The translations under genes and the position numbers were made by a program. A stretch of 64,000 nucleotides of DNA from contig OZ024741.1 of the NCBI GenBank assembly GCA_964016885.1, positions 20,832,001 through 20,896,000 on the forward strand, written 5' to 3'. How positions within the stretch are numbered: position 1 is the first letter of the stretch; every line of letters begins with the position of its first letter. Source of the DNA: Eledone cirrhosa. Its lineage: Eukaryota. Below, piece after piece: positions 26,760 to 41,860 of this stretch. The notes under the pieces are model-generated. The model did not search any database. It was not told the DNA's origin and saw only the letters and a list, made by a program, of their open reading frames with translations.

Positions 26760-29700
26760 TAGATGGTGGAACTTGGGGACTGAAGACCAGCTAAGACAAC
26801 CAATTAGATGGTTGAACTTGGGGAGTGAAGACCAGCTAAGACAACCAATTAGATGGTGGAACTTAGAGAGAGAAGACCAGATAAGACAACCAATTAGATG
26901 GTGGAACTTGGGGAGTGAAGACCAGCTAAGACAACCAATTAGATGGTGGAACTTGGGGAGTGAAGACCAGCTAAGACAACCAATTAGATGGTGGAACTTA
27001 GAGGGTGAAGACCAGCGAAGACAACCAATTAGATGGTGGAAATAGGAGAGTGAAGACCAGCTAAGACAGCCAATTAGAGGGTGAAGACCAGCTAAGACAA
27101 CAAATTAGATGGTGGAACTTGGGGAGTGAAGACCTGCTAAGACACCCAATTAGATGGTGGAATTTGGGATGAGAAGACCAGCTAAGACAACCAATTAGAT
27201 GGTGGAACTTGGAGAGTGAAGACCAGCTAAGACAACCAATTAGATGGTGGAACTTGGAGAGTGAAGACCAGCTAAGACAACCAATTAGAAGGTGGAACTT
27301 GGGGAGTGAAGACCAGCTAAGACAACCAATTAGATGGTGGAATAGTGGAATGAAGACCAGCTAAGACAACCAATTAGATGGTGGAACTTGGGGAGTGAAG
27401 ACCAGCTAAGAAAACCAGTTATATGGTGGAACTTGGAGAGTGAAGACCAGCTAAGAGAACGAATTAGATGGTGGAACTAGGAGAGTGAAGACCAGCTAAG
27501 ACAGCCAATTAGAGGGTGAAGACCAGCTAAGAGAACGAATTAGAAGGTGGAACTTGGGGAGAGAAGACCAGCTAAGAAAACCAATTAGATGGTGGAACTT
27601 GGGGAGTGAATACCAGCTAAGACAACCAATTAGATGGTGGAACTTGGAGAGAGAAGACCAGCTAAGAAAACCAATTAGATGGTGGAACTTGGAGTGTGAA
27701 GACCAGCTAAGAGAACCAATTAGATGGTGGAACATGTGGACTGAAGACCAGCTAAGACAACCAATTAGATGGTGGAACTTGGAGAGTGAAGACCAGATAA
27801 GACAACCAATTAGATGGTGGAACTTGGGGACTGAAGACCAGCTAAGACAACCAATTAGATGGTGGAACTTGGGGAGTGAAGACCAGCTAAGACAACCAAT
27901 TAGATGGTGGAACTAGGAGAGTGAAGACCAGCTAAGACAACCAATTAGATGGTGGAATTTGGGAAGAGAAGAACAGCTAAGACAACCAATTAGATGGTGG
28001 AACTTGGAGAGTGAAGACCAGATAAGACAACCAATTAGATGGTGGAACTTGGGGACTGAAGACCAGCTAAGACAACCAATTAGATGGTGGAACTTGGGGA
28101 CTGAAGACCAGCTAAGACAACCAATTAGATGGTGGAACTTAGAGAGAGAAGACCAGATAAGACAACCAATTAGATGGTGGAACTTGGAGAGTGAAGACCA
28201 GCTAAGACAACCAAATAGATGGTGGAACTTGGGGAGTGAAGACCAGCTAAGACAGCCAATTAGAGGGTGAAGACCAGCTAAGACAACAAATTAGATGGTG
28301 GAACTTGGGGAGTGAAGACCTGCTAAGACACCCAATTAGATGGTGGAACTTGGGGACTGAAGACCAGCTAAGACAACCAATTAGATGGTTGAACTTGGGG
28401 AGTGAAGACCAGCTAAGACAACCAATTAGATGGTGGAACTTAGAGAGAGAAGACCAGATAAGACAACCAATTAGATGGTGGAACTTGGGGAGTGAAGACC
28501 AGCTAAGACAACCAATCAGATGGTGGAACTTGGGGAGTGAAGACCAGCTAAGACAACCAATTAGATGGTGGAACTTAGAGGGTGAAGACCAGCGAAGACA
28601 ACCAATTAGATGGTGGAAATAGGAGAGTGAAGACCAGCTAAGACAGCCAATTAGAGGGTGAAGACCAGCTAAGACAACAAATTAGATGGTGGAACTTGGG
28701 GAGTGAAGACCTGCTAAGACACCCAATTAGATGGTGGAATTTGGGATGAGAAGACCAGCTAAGACAACCAATTAGATGGTGGAACTTGGAGAGTGAAGAC
28801 CAGCTAAGACAACCAATTAGATGGTGGAACTTGGAGAGTGAAGACCAGCTAAGACAACCAATTAGAAGGTGGAACTTGGGGAGTGAAGACCAGCTAAGAC
28901 AACCAATTAGATGGTGGAATAGTGGAATGAAGACCAGCTAAGACAACCAATTAGATGGTGGAACTTGGGGAGTGAAGACCAGCTAAGAAAACCAGTTATA
29001 TGGTGGAACTTGGAGAGTGAAGACCAGCTAAGAGAACGAATTAGATGGTGGAACTAGGAGAGTGAAGACCAGCTAAGACAGCCAATTAGAGGGTGAAGAC
29101 CAGCTAAGAGAACGAATTAGAAGGTGGAACTTGGGGAGAGAAGACCAGCTAAGACAACCAATTAGATGGTGGAACTTGGGGAGTGAATACCAGCTAAGAC
29201 AACCAATTAGATGGTGGAACTTGGAGAGAGAAGACCAGCTAAGAAAACCAATTAGATGGTGGAACTTGGAGTGTGAAGACCAGCTAAGAGAACCAATTAG
29301 ATGGTGGAACATGTGGACTGAAGACCAGCTAAGACAACCAATTAGATGGTGGAACTTGGAGAGTGAAGACCAGATAAGACAACCAATTAGATGGTGGAAC
29401 TTGGGGACTGAAGACCAGCTAAGACAACCAATTAGATGGTGGAACTTGGGGAGTGAAGACCAGCAAAGACACCCAATTAGATGGTGGAACTAGGAGAGTG
29501 AAGACCAGCTAAGACAACCAATTAGATGGTGGAATTTGGGAAGAGAAGAACAGCTAAGACAACCAATTAGATGGTGGAACTTGGAGAGTGAAGACCAGAT
29601 AAGACAACCAATTAGATGGTGGAACTTGGGGACTGAAGACCAGCTAAGACAACCAATTAGATGGTGGAACTTGGGGACTGAAGACCAGCTAAGACAACCA

Positions 29701-29830
29701 ATTAGATGGTGGAACTTAGAGAGAGAAGACCAGATAAGACAACCAATTAGATGGTGGAACTTGGAGAGTGAAGACCAGCTAAGACAACCAAATAGATGGT
29801 GGAACTTGGGGAGTGAAGACCAGCTAAGAC
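26760..29830 (+). repeat. Tandem duplication with a 1,577-bp period (boundaries approximate)
   Basis: ORF offsets are 1,577 (ends 27045/28622; starts 27554/29131, 27959/29536). The unit is 32x45 + 3x31 + 1x44. Confidence 0.8.
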
Positions 29831-32800
29831 ATCCAATTAGATGGTGGAACTTCGGGAGTGAAGAACAGCTAAGACAACCAATTAGATGGTGGAACTTGGG
29901 GAGTGTAGACCAGCTAAGACAACCAATTAGATGGTGGAACTTAGAAGGTGAAGACCAGCGAAGACAACCAATTAGATGGTGGAACTAGGAGAGTGAAGAC
30001 CAGCTAAGACAACCAATTAGAGGGTGAAGACCAGCTAAGACAACCAATTAGATGGTGGAAATTGGGGAGTGAAGACCAGCTAAGACAACCAATTAGATGG
30101 TGGAATTTGGGAAGAGAAGACCAGCTAAGACAACCAATTAAATGGTGGAACTTGGAGAGTGAAGACCAGCTAAGAGAACGAATTAGATGGTGGAACTAGG
30201 AGAGTGAAGACCAGCTAAGACAGCCAATTCGAGGGTGAAGACCAGCTAAGAGAACGAATTAGAAGGTGGAACTTGGGGAGAGAAGACCAGCTAAGACAAC
30301 CAATTAGATGGTGGAACTTGGGGAGTGAAAACCAGCTAAGACAACCAATTCGATGGTGGAACTTGGAGAGTGAAGACCAGCTAAGAGAACCAATTAGATG
30401 GTGGAACATGTGGACTGAAGACCAGCTAAGACAACCAATAAGATGGTGGAACTTGGGGAGTGAAGACCAGCTGAGACAACCAATTAGATGGTGGAACTTG
30501 GGGACTGAAGACCAGCTAAGACAACCAATTAGATGGTGGAACTTGGGGAGTGAAGACCAGCTAAGACAACCAATTAGATGGTGGAACTTAGAGAGAGAAG
30601 ACCAGATAAGACAACCAATTAGATGGTGGAACTTGGGGAGTGAAGACCAGCTAAGACAACCAATTAGAAGGTGGAACTTGGGGAGTGAAGACCAGCTAAG
30701 ACAACCAATTAGATGGTGGAACTTGGGGAGTGAAGACCAGCTAAGACAACCAATTAGATGGTGGAACTTGGGGAGTGAAGACCAGCTAAGACAACCAATT
30801 AGATGGTGGAACTTAGAGGGTGAAGACCAGCGAAGACAACCAATTAGATGGTGGAAATAGGAGAGTGAAGACCAGCTAAGACAGCCAATTAGAGGGTGAA
30901 GACCAGCTAAGACAACAAATTAGCTGGTGGAACTTGGGGAGTGAAGACCTGCTAAGACACCCAATTAGATGGTGGAATTTGGGAAGAGAAGACCAGCTAA
31001 GACAACCAATTAGATGGTGGAACTTGGAGAGTGAAGACCAGCTAAGACAACCAATTAGATGGTGGAACTTGGAGAGTGAAGACCAGCTAAGACAACCAAT
31101 TAGATGGTGGAACTTGGGGAGTGAAGACCAGCTAAGACAACCAATTAGATGGTGGAATAGTGGAATGAAGACCAGCTAAGACAACCAATTAGATGGTGGA
31201 ACTTGGGGAGTGAAGACCAGCTAAGAAAACCAGTTATATGGTGGAACTTGGAGAGTGAAGACCAGCTAAGAGAACGAATTAGATGGTGGAACTAGGAGAG
31301 AGAAGACCAGCTAAGACAGCCAATTAGAGGGTGAAGACCAGCTAAGAGAACGAATTAGAAGGTGGAACTTGGGGAGAGAAGACCAGCTAAGACAACCAAT
31401 TAGATGGTGGAACTTGGGGAGTGAAGACCAGCTAAGACAACCAATTAGATGGTGGAACTTGGGGAGTGAAGAACAGCTAAGACAACCAATTAGATGGTGG
31501 AACTTGGGGAGTGTAGACCAGCTAAGACAACCAATTAGATGGTGGAACTTAGAGGGTGAAGACCAGCGAAGACAACCAATTAGATGGTGGAACTAGGAGA
31601 GTGAAGACCAGCTAAGACAACGAAATAGATGGTGGAACTTGGGGAGTGAAGACCAGCTAAGACAACCAATTAGATGGTGGAACTTGGGGAGTGAAGAACA
31701 GCTAAGACAACCAATTAGATGGTGGAACTTGGGGAGTGTAGACCTGCTAAGACAACCAATTAGATGGTGGAACTTAGAGGGTGAAGACCAGCGAAGACAA
31801 CCAATTAGATGGTGGAACTAGGAGAGTGAAGACCAGCTAAGACAACCAATTAGAGGGTGAAGACCAGCTAAGACAACCAATTAGATCGTGGAACTTGGGG
31901 AGTGAAGACCAGCTAAGACAACCAATTAGATGGTGGATTTTGCGAAGAGAAGACCAGCTAAGACAACCAATTAGATGGTGGAACTTGGAGAGTGAAGACC
32001 AGCTAAGAGAACGAATTAGATGGTGGAACTAGGAGAGTGAAGACCAGCTAAGACAGCCAATTAGAGGGTGAAGACCAGCTAAGAGAACGAATTAGAAGGT
32101 GGAACTTGGGGAGAGAAGACCAGCTAAGACAACCAATTAGAAGGTGGAACTTGGGGAGAGAAGACCAGCTAAGACAACCAATTAGATGGTGGAACTTGGG
32201 GAGTGAAGACCAGCTAAGACAACCAATTAGATGGTGGAACTTGGAGAGAGAAGACCAGCTAAGAAAACCAATTAGATGGTGGAACTTGGAGAGTGAAGAC
32301 CAGCTAAGAGAACCAATTAGATGGTGGAACATGTGGACTGAAGACCAGCTAAGACAACCAATAAGATAGCGGAACTTGGGGAGTGAAGACCAGCTGAGAC
32401 AACCAATTAGATGGTGGAACTTGGGGACTGAAGACCAGCTAAGACAACCAATTAGATGGTTGAACTTGGGGAGTGAAGACCAGCTAAGACAACCAATTAG
32501 ATGGTGGAACTTAGAGAGAGAAGACCAGATAAGACAACCAATTAGATGGTGGAACTTGGGGAGTGAAGACCAGCTAAGACAACCAATTAGATGGTGGAAC
32601 TTGGGGAGTGAAGACCAGCTAAGACAACCAATTAGATGGTGGAACTTAGAGGGTGAAGACCAGCGAAGACAACCAATTAGATGGTGGAAATAGGAGAGTG
32701 AAGACCAGCTAAGACAGCCAATTAGAGGGTGAAGACCAGCTAAGACAACAAATTAGATGGTGGAACTTGGGGAGTGAAGACCTGCTAAGACACCCAATTA

Positions 32801-33489
32801 GATGGTGGAATTTGGGATGAGAAGACCAGCTAAGACAACCAATTAGATGGTGGAACTTGGAGAGTGAAGACCAGCTAAGACAACCAATTAGATGGTGGAA
32901 CTTGGAGAGTGAAGACCAACTAAGACAACCAATTAGAAGGTGGAACTTGGGGAGTGAAGACCAGCTAAGAAAACCAGTTATATGGTGGAACTTGGAGAGT
33001 GAAGACCAGCTAAGAGAACGAATTAGATGGTGGAACTAGGAGAGTGAAGACCAGCTAAGACAGCCAATTAGAGGGTGAAGACCAGCTAAGAGAACGAATT
33101 AGAAGGTGGAACTTGGGGAGAGAAGACCAGCTAAGACAACCAATTAGATGGTGGAACTTGGGGAGTGAATACCAGCTAAGACAACCAATTAGATGGTGGA
33201 ATAGTGGAATGAAGACCAGCTAAGACAACCAATTAGATGGTGGAACTTGGGGAGTGAAGACCAGCTAAGAAAACCAGTTATATGGTGGAACTTGGAGAGT
33301 GAAGACCAGCTAAGAGAACGAATTAGATGGTGGAACTAGGAGAGTGAAGACCAGCTAAGACAGCCAATTAGAGGGTGAAGACCAGCTAAGAGAACGAATT
33401 AGAAGGTGGAACTTGGGGAGAGAAGACCAGCTAAGACAACCAATTAGATGGTGGAACTTGGGGAGTGAATACCAGCTAAGACAACCAAT

Positions 33490-36400
33490 TAGATGGTGGA
33501 ACTTGGAGAGAGAAGACCAGCTAAGAAAACCAATTAGATGGTGGAACTTGGAGTGTGAAGACCAGCTAAGAGAACCAATTAAATGGTGGAACATGTGGAC
33601 TGAAGACCAGCTAAGACAACCAATTAGATGGTGGAACTTGGAGAGTGAAGACCAGATAAGACAACCAATTAGATGGTGGAACTTGGGGACTGAAGACCAG
33701 CTAAGACAACCAATTAGATGGTGGAACTTGGGGAGTGAAGACCAGCTAAGACAACGAATTAGATGGTGGAACTAGGAGAGTGAAGACCAGCTAAGACAAC
33801 CAATTAGATGGTGGAATTTGGGAAGAGAAGACCAGCTAAGACAACCAATTAGATGGTGGAACTTGGAGAGTGAAGACCAGATAAGACAACCAATTAGATG
33901 GTGGAACTTGGGGACTGAAGACCAGCTAAGACAACCAATTAGATGGTGGAACTTGGGGACTGAAGACCAGCTAAGACAACCAATTAGATGGTGGAACTTA
34001 GAGAGAGAAGACCAGATAAGACAACCAATTAGATGGTGGAACTTGGAGAGTGAAGACCAGCTAAGACAACCAAATAGATGGTGGAACTTGGGGAGTGAAG
34101 ACCAGCTAAGACAACCAATTAGATGGTGGAACTTGGGGAGTGAAGAACAGCTAAGACAACCAATTAGATGGTGGAACTTGGGGAGTGTAGACCAGCTAAG
34201 ACAACCAATTAGATGGTGGAACGTAGAAGGTGAAGACCAGCGAAGACAACCAATTAGATGGTGGAACTAGGAGAGTGAAGACCAGCTAAGACAACCAATT
34301 AGAGGGTGAAGACCAGCTAAGACAACCAATTAGATGGTGGAAATTGGGGAGTGAAGACCAGCTAAGACAACCAATTAGATGGTGGAATTTGGGAAGAGAA
34401 GACCAGCTAAGACAACCAATTAAATGGTGGAACTTGGAGAGTGAAGACCAGCTAAGAGAACGAATTAGATGGTGGAACTAGGAGAGTGAAGACCAGCTAA
34501 GACAGCCAATTCGAGGGTGAAGACCAGCTAAGAGAACGAATTAGGAGGTGGAACTTGGGGAGAGAAGACCAGCTAAGACAACCAATTAGATGGTGGAACT
34601 TGGGGAGTGAAAACCAGCTAAGACAACCAATTAGATGGTGGAACATGGAGAGAGAAGACCAGCTAAGAAAACCAATTCGATGGTGGAACTTGGAGAGTGA
34701 AGACCAGCTAAGAGAACCAATTAGATGGTGGAACATGTGGACTGAAGACCAGCTAAGACAACCAATAAGATGGTGGAACTTGGGGAGTGAAGACCAGCTG
34801 AGACAACCAATTAGATGGTGGAACTTGGGGACTGAAGACCAGCTAAGACAACCAATTAGATGGTGGAACTTGGGGAGTGAAGACCAGCTAAGACAACCAA
34901 TTAGATGGTGGAACTTAGAGAGAGAAGACCAGATAAGACAACCAATTAGATGGTGGAACTTGGGGAGTGAAGACCAGCTAAGACAACCAATTAGAAGGTG
35001 GAACTTGGGGAGTGAAGACCAGCTAAGACAACCAATTAGATGGTGGAACTTGGGGAGTGAAGACCAGCTAAGACAACCAATTAGATGGTGGAACTTGGGG
35101 AGTGAAGACCAGCTAAGACAACCAATTAGATGGTGGAACTTAGAGGGTGAAGACCAGCGAAGACAACCAATTAGATGGTGGAAATAGGAGAGTGAAGACC
35201 AGCTAAGACAGCCAATTAGAGGGTGAAGACCAGCTAAGACAACAAATTAGATGGTGGAACTTGGGGAGTGAAGACCTGCTAAGACACCCAATTAGATGGT
35301 GGAATTTGGGAAGAGAAGACCAGCTAAGACAACCAATTAGATGGTGGAACTTGGAGAATGAAGACCAGCTAAGACAACCAATTAGATGGTGGAACTTGGA
35401 GAGTGAAGACCAGCTAAGACAACCAATTAGATGGTGGAACTTGGGGAGTGAAGACCAGCTAAGACAACCAATTAGATGGTGGAATAGTGGAATGAAGACC
35501 AGCTAAGACAACCAATTAGATGGTGGAACTTGGGGAGTGAAGACCAGCTAAGAAAACCAGTTATATGGTGGAACTTGGAGAGTGAAGACCAGCTAAGAGA
35601 ACGAATTAGATGGTGGAACTAGGAGAGTGAAGACCAGCTAAGACAGCCAATTAGAGGGTGAAGACCAGCTAAGAGAACGAATTAGAAGGTGGAACTTGGG
35701 GAGAGAAGACCAGCTAAGACAACCAATTAGATGGTGGAACTTGGGGAGTGAAGACCAGCTAAGACAACCAATTAGATGGTGGAACTTGGAGAGAGAAGAC
35801 CAGCTAAGAAAACCAATTAGATGGTGGAACTTGGATAGTGAAGACCAGCTAAGAGAACCAATTAGATGGTGGAACGTGTGGACTGAAGACCAGCTAAGAC
35901 AACCAATAAGATGGTGGAACTTGGGGAGTGAAGACCAGCTGAGACAACCAATTAGATGGTGGAACTTGGAGAGTGAAGACCAGATAAGACAACCAATTAG
36001 ATGGTGGAACTTGGGGACTGAAGACCAGCTAAGACAACCAATTAGATGGTGGAACTTGGGGACTGAAGACCAGCTAAGACAACCAATTAGATGGTGGAAC
36101 TTAGAGAGAGAAGACCAGATAAGACAACCAATTAGATGGTGGAACTTGGAGAGTGAAGACCAGCTAAGACAACCAATTAGATGGTGGAACTTGGGGAGTG
36201 AAGACCAGCTAAGACAACCAATTAGATGGTGGAACTTGGGGAGTGAAGAACAGCTAAGACAACCAATTAGATGGTGGAACTTGGGGCGTGTAGACCAGCT
36301 AAGACAACCAATTAGATGGTGGAACTTAGAGGGTGAAGACCAGCGAAGACAACCAATTAGATGGTGGAACTAGGAGAGTGAAGACCAGCTAAGACAACCA

Positions 36401-39400
36401 ATTAGAGGGTGAAGACCAGCTAAGACAACCAATTAGAGTGTGGAACTTGGGGAGTGAAGACCAGCTAAGACAACCAATTAGATGGTGGAATTTGGGAAGA
36501 GAAGACCAGCTAAGAGAACGAATTAATGGTGGAACTAGGAGAGTGAAGACCAGCTAAGACAGCCAATTAGAGGGTGAAGACCAGCTAAGAGAACGAATTA
36601 GAAGGTGGAACTTGGGGAGAGAAGGCCAGCTAAGACAACCAATTAGATGGTGGAACTTGGGGAGTGAAGACCAGCTAAGAAAACCAATTAGATGGTGGAA
36701 CATGTGGACTGAAGACGAGCTAAGACAACCAATAAGATGGTGGAACTTGGGGAGTGAAGACCAGCTGAGACAACCAATTAGATGGTGGAACTTGGGGACT
36801 GAAGACCAGCTAAGACAACCAATTAGATGGTGGAACTTGGGGAGTGAAGACCAGCTAAGACAACCAATTAGATGGTGGAACTTGGGGAGTGAAGACCAGC
36901 TAAGACAACCAATTAGATGGTGGAACTTGGGGAGTGAAGACCAGCTAAGACAACCAATTAGATGGTGGAACTTAGAGGGTGAAGACCATCGAAGACAACC
37001 AATTAGATGGTGGAAATAGGAGAGTGAAGACCAGCTAAGACAGCCAATTAGAGGGTGAAGACCAGCTAAGACAACAAGTTAGATGGTGGAACTTGGGGAG
37101 TGAAGACCTGCTAAGACACCCAATTAGATGATGGAATTTGGGAAGAGAAGACCAGCTAAGACAACCAATTAGATGGTGGAACTTGGAGAGAGAAGACCAG
37201 CTAAGAAAACCAATTAGATGGTGGAACTTGGAGTGTGAAGACCAGCTAAGAGAACCAATTAAATGGTGGAACATGTGGACTGAAGACCAGCTAAGACAAC
37301 CAATTAGATGGTGGAACTTGGGGACTGAAGACCAGCTAAGACAACCAATTAGATGGTGGAACTTAGAGAGAGAAGACCAGATAAGACAACCAATTAGATG
37401 GTGGAACTAGGAGAGTGAAGACCAGCTAAGACAACCAATTAGATGGTGGAATTTGGGAAGAGAAGACCAGCTAAGACAACCAATTAGATGGTGGAACTTG
37501 GAGAGTGAAGACCAGATAAGACAACCAATTAGATGGTGGAACTTGGGGACTGAAGACCAGCTAAGACAACCAATTAGATGGTGGAACTTGGGGACTGAAG
37601 ACCAGCTAAGACAACCAATTAGATGGTGGAACTTAGAGAGAGAAGACCAGATAAGACAACCAATTAGATGGTGGAACTTGGAGAGTGAAGACCAGCTAAG
37701 ACAACCAAATAGATGGTGGAACTTGGGGAGTGAAGACCAGCTAAGACAACCAATTAGATGGTGGAACTTGGGGAGTGAAGAACAGCTAAGACAACCAATT
37801 AGATGGTGGAACTTGGGGAGTGTAGACCAGCTAAGACAACCAATTAGATGGTGGAACGTAGAAGGTGAAGACCAGCGAAGACAACCAATTAGATGGTGGA
37901 ACTAGGAGAGTGAAGACCAGCTAAGACAACCAATTAGAGGGTGAAGACCAGCTAAGACAACCAATTAGATGGTGGAAATTGGGGAGTGAAGACCAGCTAA
38001 GACAACCAATTAGATGGTGGAATTTGGGAAGAGAAGACCAGCTAAGACAACCAATTAAATGGTGGAACTTGGAGAGTGAAGACCAGCTAAGAGAACGAAT
38101 TAGATGGTGGAACTAGGAGAGTGAAGACCAGCTAAGACAGCCAATTCGAGGGTGAAGACCAGCTAAGAGAACGAATTAGGAGGTGGAACTTGGGGAGAGA
38201 AGACCAGCTAAGACAACCAATTAGATGGTGGAACTTGGGGAGTGAAGACCAGCTGAGACAACCAATTAGATGGTGGAACTTGGGGACTGAAGACCAGCTA
38301 AGACAACCAATTAGATGGTGGAACATGTGGACTGAAGACCAGCTAAGACAACCAATAAGATGGTGGAACTTGGGGAGTGAAGACCAGCTGAGACAACCAA
38401 TTAGATGGTGGAACTTGGGGACTGAAGACCAGCTAAGACAACCAATTAGATGGTGGAACTTGGGGAGTGAAGACCAGCTAAGACAACCAATTAGATGGTG
38501 GAACTTAGAGAGAGAAGACCACATAAGACAACCAATTAGATGGTGGAACTTGGGGAGTGAAGACCAGCTAAGACAACCAATTAGAAGGTGGAACTTGGGG
38601 AGTGAAGACCAGCTAAGACAACCAATTAGATGGTGGAACTTGGGGAGTGAAGACCAGCTAAGACAACCAATTAGATGGTGGAACTTGGGGAGTGAAGACC
38701 AGCTAAGACAACCAATTAGATGGTGGAACTTAGAGGGTGAAGACCAGCGAAGACAACCAATTAGATGGTGGAAATAGGAGAGTGAAGACCAGCTAAGACA
38801 GCCAATTAGAGGGTGAAGACCAGCTAAGACAACAAATTAGATGGTGGAACTTGGGGAGTGAAGACCTGCTAAGACACCCAATTAGATGGTGGAATTTGGG
38901 AAGAGAAGACCAGCTAAGACAACCAATTAGATGGTGGAACTTGGAGAATGAAGACCAGCTAAGACAACCAATTAGATGGTGGAACTTGGAGAGTGAAGAC
39001 CAGCTAAGACAACCAATTAGATGGTGGAACTTGGGGAGTGAAGACCAGCTAAGACAACCAATTAGATGGTGGAATAGTGGAATGAAGACCAGCTAAGACA
39101 ACCAATTAGATGGTGGAACTTGGGGAGTGAAGACCAGCTAAGAAAACCAGTTATATGGTGGAACTTGGAGAGTGAAGACCAGCTAAGAGAACGAATTAGA
39201 TGGTGGAACTAGGAGAGTGAAGACCAGCTAAGACAGCCAATTAGAGGGTGAAGACCAGCTAAGAGAACGAATTAGAAGGTGGAACTTGGGGAGAGAAGAC
39301 CAGCTAAGACAACCAATTAGATGGTGGAACTTGGGGAGTGAAGACCAGCTAAGACAACCAATTAGATGGTGGAACTTGGAGAGAGAAGACCAGCTAAGAA

Positions 39401-41860
39401 AACCAATTAGATGGTGGAACTTGGATAGTGAAGACCAGCTAAGAGAACCAATTAGATGGTGGAACGTGTGGACTGAAGACCAGCTAAGACAACCAATAAG
39501 ATGGTGGAACTTGGGGAGTGAAGACCAGCTGAGACAACCAATTAGATGGTGGAACTTGGAGAGTGAAGACCAGATAAGACAACCAATTAGATGGTGGAAC
39601 TTGGGGACTGAAGACCAGCTAAGACAACCAATTAGATGGTGGAACTTGGGGACTGAAGACCAGCTAAGACAACCAATTAGATGGTGGAACTTAGAGAGAG
39701 AAGACCAGATAAGACAACCAATTAGATGGTGGAACTTGGAGAGTGAAGACCAGCTAAGACAACCAATTAGATGGTGGAACTTGGGGAGTGAAGACCAGCT
39801 AAGACAACCAATTAGATGGTGGAACTTGGGGAGTGAAGAACAGCTAAGACAACCAATTAGATGGTGGAACTTGGGGCGTGTAGACCAGCTAAGACAACCA
39901 ATTAGATGGTGGAACTTAGAGGGTGAAGACCAGCGAAGACAACCAATTAGATGGTGGAACTAGGAGAGTGAAGACCAGCTAAGACAACCAATTAGAGGGT
40001 GAAGACCAGTTAAGACAACCAATTAGAGTGTGGAACTTGGGGAGTGAAGACCAGCTAAGACAACCAATTAGATGGTGGAATTTGGGAAGAGAAGACCAGC
40101 TAAGAGAACGAATTAATGGTGGAACTAGGAGAGTGAAGACCAGCTAAGACAGCCAATTAGAGGGTGAAGACCAGCTAAGAGAACGAATTAGAAGGTGGAA
40201 CTTGGGGAGAGAAGGCCAGCTAAGACAACCAATTAGATGGTGGAACTTGGGGAGTGAAGACCAGCTAAGAAAACCAATTAGATGGTGGAACATGTGGACT
40301 GAAGACGAGCTAAGACAACCAATAAGATGGTGGAACTTGGGGAGTGAAGACCAGCTGAGACAACCAATTAGATGGTGGAACTTGGGGACTGAAGACCAGC
40401 TAAGACAACCAATTAGATGGTGGAACTTGGGGAGTGAAGACCAGCTAAGACAACCAATTAGATGGTGGAACTTGGGGAGTGAAGACCAGCTAAGACAACC
40501 AATTAGATGGTGGAACTTGGGGAGTGAAGACCAGCTAAGACAACCAATTAGATGGTGGAACTTAGAGGGTGAAGACCATCGAAGACAACCAATTAGATGG
40601 TGGAAATAGGAGAGTGAAGACCAGCTAAGACAGCCAATTAGAGGGTGAAGACCAGCTAAGACAACAAGTTAGATGGTGGAACTTGGGGAGTGAAGACCTG
40701 CTAAGACACCCAATTAGATGATGGAATTTGGGAAGAGAAGACCAGCTAAGACAACCAATTAGATGGTGGAACTTGGAGAGAGAAGACCAGCTAAGAAAAC
40801 CAATTAGATGGTGGAACTTGGAGTGTGAAGACCAGCTAAGAGAACCAATTAAATGGTGGAACATGTGGACTGAAGACCAGCTAAGACAACCAATTAGATG
40901 GTGGAACTTGGAGAGTGAAGACCAGATAAGACAACCAATTAGATGGTGGAACTTGGGGACTGAAGACCAGCTAAGACAACCAATTAGATGGTGGAACTTG
41001 GGGAGTGAAGACCAGCTAAGACAACCAATTAGATGGTGGAACTAGGAGAGTGAAGACCAGCTAAGACAACCAATTAGATGGTGGAATTTGGGAAGAGAAG
41101 ACCAGCTAAGACAACCAATTAGATGGTGGAACTTGGAGAGTGAAGACCAGATAAGACAACCAATTAGATGGTGGAACTTGGGGACTGAAGACCAGCTAAG
41201 ACAACCAATTAGATGGTGGAACTTGGGGACTGAAGACCAGCTAAGACAACCAATTAGATGGTGGAACTTAGAGAGAGAAGACCAGATAAGACAACCAATT
41301 AGATGGTGGAACTTGGAGAGTGAAGACCAGCTAAGACAACCAAATAGATGGTGGAACTTGGGGAGTGAAGACCAGCTAAGACAACCAATTAGATGGTGGA
41401 ACTTGGGGAGTGAAGAACAGCTAAGACAACCAATTAGATGGTGGAACTTGGGGAGTGTAGACCAGCTAAGACAACCAATTAGATGGTGGAACGTAGAAGG
41501 TGAAGACCAGCGAAGACAACCAATTAGATGGTGGAACTAGGAGAGTGAAGACCAGCTAAGACAACCAATTAGAGGGTGAAGACCAGCTAAGACAACCAAT
41601 TAGATGGTGGAAATTGGGGAGTGAAGACCAGCTAAGACAACCAATTAGATGGTGGAATTTGGGAAGAGAAGACCAGCTAAGACAACCAATTAAATGGTGG
41701 AACTTGGAGAGTGAAGACCAGCTAAGAGAACGAATTAGATGGTGGAACTAGGAGAGTGAAGACCAGCTAAGACAGCCAATTCGAGGGTGAAGACCAGCTA
41801 AGAGAACGAATTAGGAGGTGGAACTTGGGGAGAGAAGACCAGCTAAGACAACCAATTAGA
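33490..41860 (+). repeat. About 2.3 copies of a ~3.6-kb higher-order unit (local offsets 3,590-3,680 owing to single-monomer indels)
   Basis: Offsets are 3,635 (33818/37453/41088) and 3,590 (35261/38851, 35696/39286, 36612/40202). Shared markers are ACGTAGAAGG, GGAGAATG, GGATAGT, GGGCGTG and ATTAATGG. Confidence 0.88.
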
